NCBI GenBank assembly: GCA_009780985.1
Contig: WQYZ01000001.1
Location: 4,030-68,029 of the forward strand
Reading direction: 5' to 3'
DNA length: 64,000 bases
Origin: Oscillospiraceae bacterium
GTDB lineage: Bacteria > Bacillota > Clostridia > Oscillospirales > WRJC01
A program made the translations under genes and the position numbers. Of the stretch, positions 1-8,990 are shown piece by piece. Each line of letters starts with the position of its first letter. The stretch's first letter is position 1. The notes beneath the pieces were generated by a model that did not search any database, had not been told where the DNA came from, and worked only from the letters and a program-made list of their open reading frames with translations.

Positions 1-141
1 CGCGGCGGTATTGATTTGATGAAGCAGAACGGCTGCGTATACGATATAACGCTGAAAGACGTTGAAACCGTATCAGGCGACGCATCCGCTATTATCAATT
101 GGACGCGAATCGTCAGGGATGAAATAAACAGAGCATATTAG
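1..141 (+). CDS. 3' end of an unidentified CDS entering from upstream of the window
   Basis: Frame 1 is open from base 1 to TAG at 139-141 (...GIDLMKQNGCVYDITLKDVETVSGDASAIINWTRIVRDEINRAY*). It is too short to assign a family. Confidence 0.4.
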   Translation, partial: RGGIDLMKQNGCVYDITLKDVETVSGDASAIINWTRIVRDEINRAY

Positions 142-199
142 AGTTTGTTTTTTATTTACACATATAATCTAAAATTTAAATCAGAGAGGGAGGTTAAAT

Positions 200-1300
200 A
201 TGAAACAATTAAAAGTAGCAATTTTAGGGCAGGGGCGCAGCGGGAGGGATATTCACGCCGCCACTTTACAAAACTTAAAAGACAGATTTCAAATCGCGGC
301 TATTGTCGAGCCGCTCGAAAAGAGGCGCGAACGCGCAAAAAAGGAAGTCGGCGGCGTTCTGTATACAGATTACAGGGAATTATTCGGCAAGTCAGATGAA
401 ATAGATTTGGTGATAAACGCCACTCCCAGTTATTTACATGTGCCTGTCACGCTTGATTTGTTGAGAAACGGCTTTAACGTTTTATGCGAAAAGCCTTTTG
501 CGCGGACGGCTGAGGAAGTGGATTCAATGATAACGACAGCAAAAGAGAATAACAAAGTATTGGCAGTTTTTCAGCAATCGCGGTTCAATGCGGCTTACAG
601 GGAAATCAAGCGGATTATTGAATCGGGCATATTAGGGCGTATCATACAGATAAGCGAGCAGTACAGCGGTTTTAACAGAAGATGGGACTGGCAGACTCTG
701 CAGGAATGCAATGCGGGAAGTCTGTACAATACCGGTCCTCACCCCGTCGATCATCTGCTTCAGCTCCTCAATTATGACGGAATGCCCGAAGTAAAATGTT
801 ATATGAATAGGGTCAATACTTTCGGCGACGCGGAAGATTATGTGAAACTTATTATGACCGCGCCCGACAGACCAGTTATTGATTTGGAAATTTCCTGCTG
901 CAATCCCTATCCGAAATTCCAATATTCGGTTCAGGCTCAATACGGCGGTTTGTGCGGCGACGACTCGCATTTGGATTATAAGTACTATGTGCGCGAAACC
1001 GCCCCCGAACAGCATCTGACAAGAGTGCCGATTGAAAACGCAGACGGAACGCCCGCATACTGCAATGAAAAGCTCGAATGGGTTGAAAAATCATGGAATA
1101 TCAATGATGTTACAACGAGTTCCGACGCGTCTTATGTCCCAAGCGCGCCCCGTCAGGAACCAGCCGCGGCATTTTATGAAATGTTGTACAACCATATTGT
1201 GAATAATGCTCCGCTGGAAATCACTCCGCAGCAGGTGCGTCAGCAAATCGCGGTAATGGAGGAATGTCACAGGCAGAACCCAATGAGCAGGCTTTCTTGA
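200..1300 (+). CDS. Gfo/Idh/MocA family oxidoreductase
   Basis: N-terminal Rossmann motif KVAILGQGRSG and the LCEKPFA (EKP) motif. SD GGGAGG lies just upstream of the ATG. 366 aa. Confidence 0.85.
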   Translation: MKQLKVAILGQGRSGRDIHAATLQNLKDRFQIAAIVEPLEKRRERAKKEVGGVLYTDYRELFGKSDEIDLVINATPSYLHVPVTLDLLRNGFNVLCEKPFARTAEEVDSMITTAKENNKVLAVFQQSRFNAAYREIKRIIESGILGRIIQISEQYSGFNRRWDWQTLQECNAGSLYNTGPHPVDHLLQLLNYDGMPEVKCYMNRVNTFGDAEDYVKLIMTAPDRPVIDLEISCCNPYPKFQYSVQAQYGGLCGDDSHLDYKYYVRETAPEQHLTRVPIENADGTPAYCNEKLEWVEKSWNINDVTTSSDASYVPSAPRQEPAAAFYEMLYNHIVNNAPLEITPQQVRQQIAVMEECHRQNPMSRLS

Positions 1301-1366
1301 TTTATAGTGCATTAACGAAGAAATAATAATTCTAACCATGAACAATGAATGGAGGAGGAAAAAGCT

Positions 1367-2305
1367 ATGAAAAAAACTGTACTTGGACGAACAGGATTAG
1401 AGGTCAGCGTTGCGGGGCTTGGAGCGGGAGGACATTCGAGGCTCGGCATTGCGCAGTATGGATTACAGCACTCGGCTATGATAGTTAAAACTGCCTTCGA
1501 AAACGGCGTAACTTATTTTGACACTGCGACCGCATATGGCACAGAAGAGGCAGTCGGGCTCGGTCTCAAAGGCATACCGCGGGAACAATATGTGTTATCG
1601 ACTAAGTTCCCGTACAGAAACGAGCAGGGTATAAATACGCCGGACAGGGTGGAACAGGTACTGGGCGAAAGTCTCCGGGCTTTACACACCGATTACATAG
1701 ATATATACAATCTTCACGGCGTTGCTCCGGAAGATTACGAAAAGACTGTTGACATGCTGCTTCCCGCCATGCAAAAAGCGCAGAAACAGGGGAAAGTCCG
1801 TTTCCTTGGAATTACGGAGTTATTCGGCAGCGACACAAATCATACGATGCTGAAAAGGGCTTTGCCGGACGATTTCTTTGACGTTATTATGTTAGGGTAC
1901 AGCATTATCAACCCGTCGGCGGCTAAAACGATTATGCCGTTGGCAACGGAAAAAAATGTAGGCTTGCAATGTATGTTTGCCGTGCGGAAAGCCTTGTCAA
2001 ATCCTGAACAGTTGAAGACCGACATAAAACGTATTCTTGAAAAAAATCAGGCAGATCCGTCATTAATGGCGTCTCACGGCACATTGGATTTTCTGGTAAA
2101 CGAAGGAGCGGCGGGAAGTATTATGGAAGCGGCATACCGTTTTTGCAGTAATGCGCCGGGTATTCATATCACTCTGACAGGTACAGGAAATGTCGGACAT
2201 CTGATTGATAACTTAAAAGCTATACAAATGCCAGCCTTGCCGGAAGATATATTAAAACAGCTTGACGTAATGTTCGGCAATGTTGACTGCGTAAGCGGTC
2301 AGTGA
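1367..2305 (+). CDS. aldo/keto reductase
   Basis: LGRTGLEVSVAGLGAGG N-terminus, YFDTATAYG and YIDIYNLHG motifs. I prefer ATG 1367 (SD GGAGGAGG 8 nt upstream) over the ORF-track start at 1349. Confidence 0.8.
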   Translation: MKKTVLGRTGLEVSVAGLGAGGHSRLGIAQYGLQHSAMIVKTAFENGVTYFDTATAYGTEEAVGLGLKGIPREQYVLSTKFPYRNEQGINTPDRVEQVLGESLRALHTDYIDIYNLHGVAPEDYEKTVDMLLPAMQKAQKQGKVRFLGITELFGSDTNHTMLKRALPDDFFDVIMLGYSIINPSAAKTIMPLATEKNVGLQCMFAVRKALSNPEQLKTDIKRILEKNQADPSLMASHGTLDFLVNEGAAGSIMEAAYRFCSNAPGIHITLTGTGNVGHLIDNLKAIQMPALPEDILKQLDVMFGNVDCVSGQ

Positions 2306-2557
2306 TGTTTTAGACAGATAAAAATTCAAATATAGTTTACATTTAAGGTATTTACAAAACGCATATATTACGATATACTCTAAGTGACAGTTTCACAAAC
2401 GTCTTATAAAATTTAATATCGTTAAACGGTCATAATGATTTTTAACGTTGCAATGTGTTTCCATTATTTGGGAATACATTGTAACGTTATTTTGTTTTTT
2501 ATGGCTGTTTTATCGAAGATCGAAAGTACAAATAAAATTAACGAAAGAGGTAAAATC

Positions 2558-3970
2558 ATGAAAAATCTGTCAAGAAGCGCGCCGGAAAAACAAGGCGTAA
2601 AATCACAGGCAATTATTAACTTTTTAAATGCTGTAAAAGAAAACAATCAGGAACTTCACTCGTTTATGCTGTTGAAAAACGGTTATGTAATCAGCGAATG
2701 TTGGTGGGAGCCGTATGCTCCGCAATACCGTCACCCAGTATATTCACTGGCTAAAAGTATAACATCAACCGGAATAGGGGTGGCTGTTGATGAGGGGCTT
2801 CTCACTGTCGATACGCTTGTCGCTGATATATTCAAAAAAGAAATGGACGAGCTCGGGGATCATATTGACGAAAAAATCAGGAAGATGACAATCAAACATC
2901 TTTTGACTATGACTACTGGTATGGAATATGATGATTGGAGTTGGGGCAATAATAATATAAAAAATTTTTTATCGTCGCATATCAAAAATGAGCCGGGCAG
3001 CAAATTCTACTATCACTCGTTTCTTGCGGCTTATATGGAATCTGCGGCAATCACAAGATTGACTGGACAGACAATGTTTGATTATCTCAAACCGCGCCTT
3101 TTTGAGCCGCTCGGAATTGAAGCTGGGTGGGGAGATATTGACGGGGTGACTTTTGGGTGCAACTATATAGATATGACGACAGAGGAAATCGCGAAATTCG
3201 GTCAATTATGCCTGCAAAAAGGTAACTGGAATGGTAGACAGCTTGTATCGGAAAAGTGGATTGAAGAAGCGACGACGCGCAAGCAAGTTGACAATCGCGG
3301 AGATGTATTTGGTTATCACTTTGGGATATGCAAACTAGACGGCGTATATAATGCAGGCGGGTGGCGCGGACAGTATTCCATTGTGATGCCAAATGAAAAC
3401 AGCGTTATCGCTGTTACAAGCAATACGGAGGGGCAGGTTTTAGATTTAATCTGGGATATACTGCTCCCCGCTTTAAGAGAGAATAATATGCCGAACGACG
3501 ATATTGCCGGCTATGAAAAGATGAAAAAAGCGCAGAAAAATCTCACTCATTTGAATGTAAATGAGCACGCTGAGCCTTTCCCGAAATTCAGCGGCGAATA
3601 TAAAATAACTGATGAAAAAAACGTATATCACGGCGTAAAGAAAATTTATATTGAATCTATGGCTGATGAGTGCGTATTGGCAATACACTATAAGAACAGC
3701 GAAATAGCCGGTCTGCTACGCATGAAAAACAATGAATGGTTTGAGAACACGTCAGCAATTCATGGCTTCGGTTATAACGGCGGCTGTTACAGAAATAAAA
3801 CTTTCGGCGAGTGGAAAACAGACTCGAACGGCGATATTTTCACAGTAACGCATTGGCATTACGAAAATCATGAAAAAAACACTATAAAAATAAGATTCAG
3901 CGGAGATAAATTAAAATTCACATTGCAGTTTGACGATGAAGCAATATCAGAAATGTATGCAAAAATATAG
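2558..3970 (+). CDS. serine hydrolase, beta-lactamase/transpeptidase-like family
   Basis: SxxK motif in YSLAKSITSTG, with size and layout of class-C-like esterases. I prefer ATG 2558 (SD AAGAGG), because the ORF-track N-terminal extension from 2435 has no RBS. Confidence 0.7.
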   Translation: MKNLSRSAPEKQGVKSQAIINFLNAVKENNQELHSFMLLKNGYVISECWWEPYAPQYRHPVYSLAKSITSTGIGVAVDEGLLTVDTLVADIFKKEMDELGDHIDEKIRKMTIKHLLTMTTGMEYDDWSWGNNNIKNFLSSHIKNEPGSKFYYHSFLAAYMESAAITRLTGQTMFDYLKPRLFEPLGIEAGWGDIDGVTFGCNYIDMTTEEIAKFGQLCLQKGNWNGRQLVSEKWIEEATTRKQVDNRGDVFGYHFGICKLDGVYNAGGWRGQYSIVMPNENSVIAVTSNTEGQVLDLIWDILLPALRENNMPNDDIAGYEKMKKAQKNLTHLNVNEHAEPFPKFSGEYKITDEKNVYHGVKKIYIESMADECVLAIHYKNSEIAGLLRMKNNEWFENTSAIHGFGYNGGCYRNKTFGEWKTDSNGDIFTVTHWHYENHEKNTIKIRFSGDKLKFTLQFDDEAISEMYAKI

Positions 3971-4005
3971 CAAATTAAAATGAAATTAACGAAAGAGGCA
4001 AAATT

Positions 4006-4920
4006 ATGAAAAAATTAGTTTTGAAAGCGCTTGCCGAATTTGGCATAAATGAAGTTGAATCAATGACCCGTATAGAAGATAAAGATATGTGGAATATAGA
4101 TGATGAATATTTTATAAAAACATATACTGATTTTAATCATCTTGAAAGAGTATTATTAATATATGGCGAATTGCATAACGCAGGAGTACCGGTCGCCGTA
4201 TATAATAAAATTAACACAGGCGAATTGTACCTTAAAGTTGATACTCTTTATTATACAGTTATGAATAAAGCTACAGGTTCACATATTGACTATCAAAAAG
4301 AGGCTTGTTCATTTTCATTCGGTCAAAATATGGCAAAATTACATAATGGCTTAAAAAATTTAACAGACAAAATTCAATACTCAGGGATAAATGCGGATTT
4401 AATTGAATCGGTACATGGCTGGATATTAAATGAAATCACAGAGAAAAATTTAAATATAAAAAAGAAGATTATAGATTATTGCATAAGTTTTGACGAACTG
4501 TATCATAAATTACCGAGGCAAATAATTCATCGAGATTTACATGGAGGAAATATGATGTTTGAAAACGGTGAATTATCTGCATTTTTAGATTTTGATATAA
4601 GCGAAATAAATGCAAGATTATTTGACGTCTGTTATTGTATGGATTTAGGCGTCGGCAATAATATAAATAATGAAGCCATTACAAAATGGCTTAGAACGTT
4701 TAAAAGTTTTCTTACGGGTTATAACTCGGTTTCTGAGTTTACAGACGAAGAACTTGAGGCTATACCATATATGTTTGTATCTGTTCAATTGCTCACCACT
4801 GCTTTCTTTTCAAAAGTAGGTAAATCAAAAGAATTCGTTGATGAATATATTGAATATTTAAAGTGGTTATATGACAGCAGGAGCAGATTTTTGTTTTCTA
4901 AACAGGATATAAATATTTAA
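4006..4920 (+). CDS. phosphotransferase enzyme family protein (APH/choline-kinase fold)
   Basis: Brenner/catalytic loop IIHRDLHGGNMMF followed by FLDFD (DFD metal motif). 304 aa and AT-rich. Confidence 0.7.
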   Translation: MKKLVLKALAEFGINEVESMTRIEDKDMWNIDDEYFIKTYTDFNHLERVLLIYGELHNAGVPVAVYNKINTGELYLKVDTLYYTVMNKATGSHIDYQKEACSFSFGQNMAKLHNGLKNLTDKIQYSGINADLIESVHGWILNEITEKNLNIKKKIIDYCISFDELYHKLPRQIIHRDLHGGNMMFENGELSAFLDFDISEINARLFDVCYCMDLGVGNNINNEAITKWLRTFKSFLTGYNSVSEFTDEELEAIPYMFVSVQLLTTAFFSKVGKSKEFVDEYIEYLKWLYDSRSRFLFSKQDINI

Positions 4921-4934
4921 GAAATTAGTCGTGT

Positions 4935-4965
4935 AGGGACGCAAAATTTTGTGTCCCTGTTTTTT
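4935..4965 (+). terminator. rho-independent terminator of the 4006-4920 gene
   Basis: AGGGACGC-AAAATTTT-GTGTCCCT stem-loop followed by GTTTTTT. The stem resembles a degenerate GTAGGG..CCCT repeat unit. Confidence 0.7.
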
Positions 4966-4995
4966 ATATGATGGCCTTATTTATGGTTAAAATAA

Positions 4996-5022
4996 TTTAA
5001 GTAATCTGTGAAAAAAACCATA
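4996..5022. repeat. left terminal inverted repeat / putative att half of the 12.3-kb element
   Basis: TTTAAGTAATCTGTGAAAAAAACCATA matches the reverse complement of 17250-17276 at 25 of 27 positions. Confidence 0.7.
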
Positions 5023-5152
5023 GTCTGAATATTGGCGAGAAATCGGCATATTCGGGCTATTTTGCTTTTATTTGTAAAATTTCGCATTAAACCTTTTTCG
5101 ACTTTTTTCATACAATTTAATAACGATATTATTTTTAAGGGGTTGTTATTAA

Positions 5153-5326
5153 ATGGAAAAAGAAAAGAAGATTAATCCACCAAAAGACAGCATAAAGGAT
5201 ATTGAGTTGCCGAAAGACATTCAAAAAAGAATGTTGGAGTTCTTTATGCAGACGTCTATTCCACGAAAAAAAGCAAATAATATGAAATCTTTGTCTGATA
5301 AAACAGAGAAAGGTGATTATTATTAA
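5153..5326 (+). CDS. small hypothetical protein (57 aa) overlapping the recombinase start
   Basis: ATG 5153 with SD AAGGGG 10 nt upstream. Product is MEKEKKINPPKDSIKDIELPKDIQKRMLEFFMQTSIPRKKANNMKSLSDKTEKGDYY. It is below the ORF-track size cut-off, and its stop TAA at 5324-5326 overlaps the recombinase ORF. Confidence 0.4.
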   Translation: MEKEKKINPPKDSIKDIELPKDIQKRMLEFFMQTSIPRKKANNMKSLSDKTEKGDYY

Positions 5327-6803
5327 AACAGGTATCTATGTACGGGTTAGCACAGAGGAACAGGCAAAAGAGGGTTTTTCAATCAGAGCACAGCAGGAAA
5401 AACTAAAAGATTATATTAAAATTAAGGGTTGGGAATTATACGACGTTTACACAGATGAGGGAATAAGCGGAAAAAATATCACAGAACGACCCGCCATTAA
5501 CAGGCTTATTGCCGATATTATGAAAAAGAAAGTAGAAAATGTGCTTGTATTCAAAATCGACCGACTGACGAGAAGTACAAAAGATTTGATTGAATTAACA
5601 GAATTATTTAACGAAAATAACTGTACTTTTAATTCATTAATGGAAAGTATCGACACGCAAACAGCGTCGGGGCGAATGTTTTTAAAAATAATCGGCATAT
5701 TTGCCGAATTTGAACGCGAAAATTTAATTGAGCGCATAAGCGTAGCGATGGAAAAGAAAGTCAGAGAGGGTTATACTCTACCCACTTTCGGAGTGCCTTA
5801 CGGCTATTCAAGAGAAATCAAAAATCGGGAAATAACCATTGACGAAGAACAAAGCAAAATCATCAAAGAAATATTTTCAATGTATTTAAATAAGCACATG
5901 ACATTTAATGCTATAGCGAGCACTTTAAATCTGCGAAAAATCGAAACAAATAATAATGCAACATGGGGAGGCAGTACAATCAGATATATATTAACCAATC
6001 CAATATATATTGGGAAAGTGCGTTATTCAATCCATGACGAAAGTAAATATTTTGAAACAGAGGGCAAACACGAGGCAATTATATCAGAAGAAATATTTAC
6101 CGCCGTTCAGAATAAATTATCAAAAATGGAAACAAGGGTATATAAAAAGCGACCAAAAGAAGAAAATTATTACTGCGGGACGCTGATGTGCGGGATATGT
6201 GGCGCGAAAATGTCAACGCATGGCATTTATAACAAAGATAAAGACGGTAACCAACTTTATTACAGCAGTTACAGATGTACGAATGTTATAAAAGGCAAAT
6301 GTCAAACAGGGGTTATCAGTCATAATAAAGTTGAGACTGCATTTAAAGAATATATTGAACATATTAAGGATTTTGAGGTCGAAAATGAAATTGAAGTAAA
6401 TAAAAATCAAAATGCTGAGCCTGATAATTTATTATTAAAATCGGAATATGAAACTTCACTATCTAAGCTGTTACAAAAAGAGCAAAATATAATGACTTTA
6501 TATATTAACGATAAAATCGACTACGACGAATACAATAAAATGCTTTCTTTGATAAAAATAGCGAAAGCAGAATACGAGGCAAAAATAGCCGAGATAGAAA
6601 ATACAGAAATTATAGACGTAAAATTACAAAAAGAAGATATTGTAACGAATTTCAAGGAAAATTGGGATTTACTGACACAGATAGAACGGTTACAGTTTTT
6701 AAAAACTTATATAAAAGCGATATATATAACAAGTGAGCCCGACAATGAGCAACCGCCGAAAAAACTTGTTAAAGTCAAAAAAGTAGAATTTCATCAAAAC
6801 TAA
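5313..6803 (+). CDS. large serine recombinase
   Basis: Resolvase catalytic domain (YVRVSTEEQ with the Ser nucleophile, DRLTRS), a recombinase domain, a Cys-rich zinc ribbon (CGTLMCGICGAKM...YRCTNVIKGKC) and a C-terminal coiled coil. 496 aa with a GTG start. Confidence 0.9.
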   Translation: MIIIKTGIYVRVSTEEQAKEGFSIRAQQEKLKDYIKIKGWELYDVYTDEGISGKNITERPAINRLIADIMKKKVENVLVFKIDRLTRSTKDLIELTELFNENNCTFNSLMESIDTQTASGRMFLKIIGIFAEFERENLIERISVAMEKKVREGYTLPTFGVPYGYSREIKNREITIDEEQSKIIKEIFSMYLNKHMTFNAIASTLNLRKIETNNNATWGGSTIRYILTNPIYIGKVRYSIHDESKYFETEGKHEAIISEEIFTAVQNKLSKMETRVYKKRPKEENYYCGTLMCGICGAKMSTHGIYNKDKDGNQLYYSSYRCTNVIKGKCQTGVISHNKVETAFKEYIEHIKDFEVENEIEVNKNQNAEPDNLLLKSEYETSLSKLLQKEQNIMTLYINDKIDYDEYNKMLSLIKIAKAEYEAKIAEIENTEIIDVKLQKEDIVTNFKENWDLLTQIERLQFLKTYIKAIYITSEPDNEQPPKKLVKVKKVEFHQN

Positions 6804-6808
6804 CAAAG

Positions 6809-6846
6809 CCTTATTGCTCTACCTAACGCAATAAGGTTCTTTTTTA
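6809..6846 (+). terminator. rho-independent terminator after the large serine recombinase
   Basis: CCTTATTGC-N10-GCAATAAGG stem followed by TTCTTTTTT. Confidence 0.7.
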
Positions 6847-6871
6847 GGTATAATAAAGTTATAATTAAAAC

Positions 6872-6899
6872 TTGATAAAAATAATATTTAGCTTATAAT
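6872..6899 (+). promoter_or_regulatory. sigma-A-type promoter for the 6922-8651 cassette
   Basis: TTGATA, a 16-nt spacer, then TATAAT, located 23 nt upstream of the ATG at 6922. Confidence 0.4.
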
Positions 6900-6921
6900 A
6901 ATTTTCAATGGAGATGAAAGT

Positions 6922-7485
6922 ATGTTTAAAGAAACAAAGTTAATATCTGAAAATTGTGAAGGACAATTTGGGATAATAGAAAATAGCATTTATTTAATTG
7001 ACTACAATGAATTTTTTAATATAGAATATGGTAATAGCGAAAAAGCGATTCTAAATGAAATAAGACGCTTTTCAAATGATAAACAAGAGTTAATTGCAAA
7101 ATTGGATATTATATCCTGTTTAAATAATGCAAGGGAAAAAATATTTTTATATCCAAACCCAGATAATTCTTTTAGGAATATAGAATTTTCAAAATCTACG
7201 CCAAGAGATGATTATGGTAAGCTAAATGGTGAATACTATTATTTTAGTTGCGGAATTAATAATTGTGAACATACTAAAAATGGAATTAAAATAACTGCTG
7301 ATACCTATGCAATAGCAAGAAATATAATAAGCTCAATGTTTAATTATAATAAAGAATACGACATAAGTGAAATATTGGCGTTAATACCGAATATTAAAGC
7401 CGATCCAGAAGAATATGAAGTTATTATACATTTGAAAAATTTTCTTGAAGAACAACAAAAACAGAAAAAACATATGAAAGGATAA
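6922..7485 (+). CDS. hypothetical protein, no recognisable domain (187 aa)
   Basis: Good SD (GGAGA, 7-nt spacer). It has its own promoter and is the first cargo gene after the recombinase terminator. Confidence 0.6.
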   Translation: MFKETKLISENCEGQFGIIENSIYLIDYNEFFNIEYGNSEKAILNEIRRFSNDKQELIAKLDIISCLNNAREKIFLYPNPDNSFRNIEFSKSTPRDDYGKLNGEYYYFSCGINNCEHTKNGIKITADTYAIARNIISSMFNYNKEYDISEILALIPNIKADPEEYEVIIHLKNFLEEQQKQKKHMKG

Positions 7486-7619
7486 CAAAAATAATTGTTG
7501 TCTTTTTTATAAAATAATTGTTTTAAATATATTAACATAAAATTTGTAGAAATATGTCGCTAAATCTTTTATACTTACAGTCAAATAAAGCTATATTAAG
7601 ATAAGGAGTTTTACACTAT

Positions 7620-8651
7620 ATGAACGAAAGAATGACGATTATTTTTGCAATACTTGGATTATTTATTCCAGCAGCAATAACAAGTTTCTCTATTTTATTC
7701 GCAATGAGGTCATTTAAAAAGACAATACAAAGAGAAGATAAAAGAGATGAAAAAACAGATAAATCCTCTTATGAAAAATGCAGACCTGAAGTTGAATTAT
7801 CAAGTTTAACTTTATATCCTAATGAATTTGAGGTATATGTAGGGGAAAAAGTTGAATGGTGGAAAGGAGCTTCAAGACCCGAATTTGATAAATCAATAAT
7901 TGGGCAACGTAATAAATATGAAAGAGATGAGAAAGATGAAAATAAAAATAAAACATATATAAAAATAATAGAAGATCGTATAAGAAAAGATACTGTATTA
8001 CGTCACGAAAATTCTAAAGGAACAGAAAAAGAATATATGTTTATAAATTTATGCAAAGAGAGTGATTTCGGTAATTTGGCTAATGATGTAGTATTAGCCT
8101 TTGATGTACTAAAATTTAGATTAAAATTTAATAATAATAAAGTTGATAAAGTCAGAATTAAGAAAGCCTATTCAATGATAAAAGAAGATGAAAGTTTTGG
8201 TAATGATATTAAGATAAATGTTACATTTCCAGTTTCTGGAGATTTTCTGGAAATACCGGTTGCATATGCTTACATAAATTTAGAAACTTCCTCTGTAAAA
8301 ATAAATAATATATACACTAAACTTGCAGAGCAAGGAAAAAAAGAAATCGATTTTTTACAATCAAGAAATAATGCAGGGGATTATATAGGATTTATTGAAA
8401 CTGCATATTTGATAGAATGTTTAACAACAGATGATGAAGTTTATGAATATTCTTTGTTTTTAGAAGTAGATAAAAGTGGATGGCTTATACCACGCAAAAT
8501 ACGAAATGGTGATAATTTTTTTAACAAAAAGGCAGATATAGTAAATAATCGAATTAGAAAAAACACTAAAAATGATAAAGCAAATGTTATTCAAGTTTGC
8601 GTTTATGACCCTGATTTTGATACTGCAAAATCTCATTCCACCGCCCCATGA
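7620..8651 (+). CDS. membrane-anchored hypothetical protein (343 aa)
   Basis: SD AAGGAG. Single N-terminal TM helix (MTIIFAILGLFIPAAITSFSILFAM), then a charged linker and a beta-rich domain with no motif I recognise. Confidence 0.6.
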   Translation: MNERMTIIFAILGLFIPAAITSFSILFAMRSFKKTIQREDKRDEKTDKSSYEKCRPEVELSSLTLYPNEFEVYVGEKVEWWKGASRPEFDKSIIGQRNKYERDEKDENKNKTYIKIIEDRIRKDTVLRHENSKGTEKEYMFINLCKESDFGNLANDVVLAFDVLKFRLKFNNNKVDKVRIKKAYSMIKEDESFGNDIKINVTFPVSGDFLEIPVAYAYINLETSSVKINNIYTKLAEQGKKEIDFLQSRNNAGDYIGFIETAYLIECLTTDDEVYEYSLFLEVDKSGWLIPRKIRNGDNFFNKKADIVNNRIRKNTKNDKANVIQVCVYDPDFDTAKSHSTAP

Positions 8652-8740
8652 AAAACTATTCTGCTGACAAAAGACATTGCTTGATGCCAAAACAAAAATA
8701 TAAAACAGACTTTAAAAATATATTCTGCTTAAACCTCCCC

Positions 8741-8835
8741 TTGTCAAGTCCCTATGCTTGGCGGTGGAGATTTTTTTGCGTCTTGCTTTATAGTAATGAC
8801 CCGCGCGAAAAATACAACCGCTTGGGACTTGACAA
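8741..8835. repeat. 12-bp inverted repeat enclosing about 70 nt, upstream of the Replic_Relax-like gene (candidate oriT or structured RNA)
   Basis: TTGTCAAGTCCC (8741-8752) pairs with GGGACTTGACAA (8824-8835). An inner GCGGT/ACCGC pairing extends the stem. The region is more GC-rich than its surroundings. Confidence 0.45.
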
Positions 8836-8990
8836 AGAACCCTAAATATAATGGTTACAGGTGAAAACATATCTTTGTTTTCGCCTTATCAACAATTTAT
8901 TTATTATTTTATTCGCGCCTGTTATATGTCGCATTATGAGAACATATACATATAAATATCATATATTGTCGAATTATCGGGGCGATTTGT

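Noticed and set aside
8648-8845. 65-aa ORF between the membrane-anchored orphan and the Replic_Relax gene.
   Set aside because: It has no RBS, overlaps the previous stop, and coincides with the 12-bp inverted-repeat structure. It is more likely non-coding (oriT or RNA).
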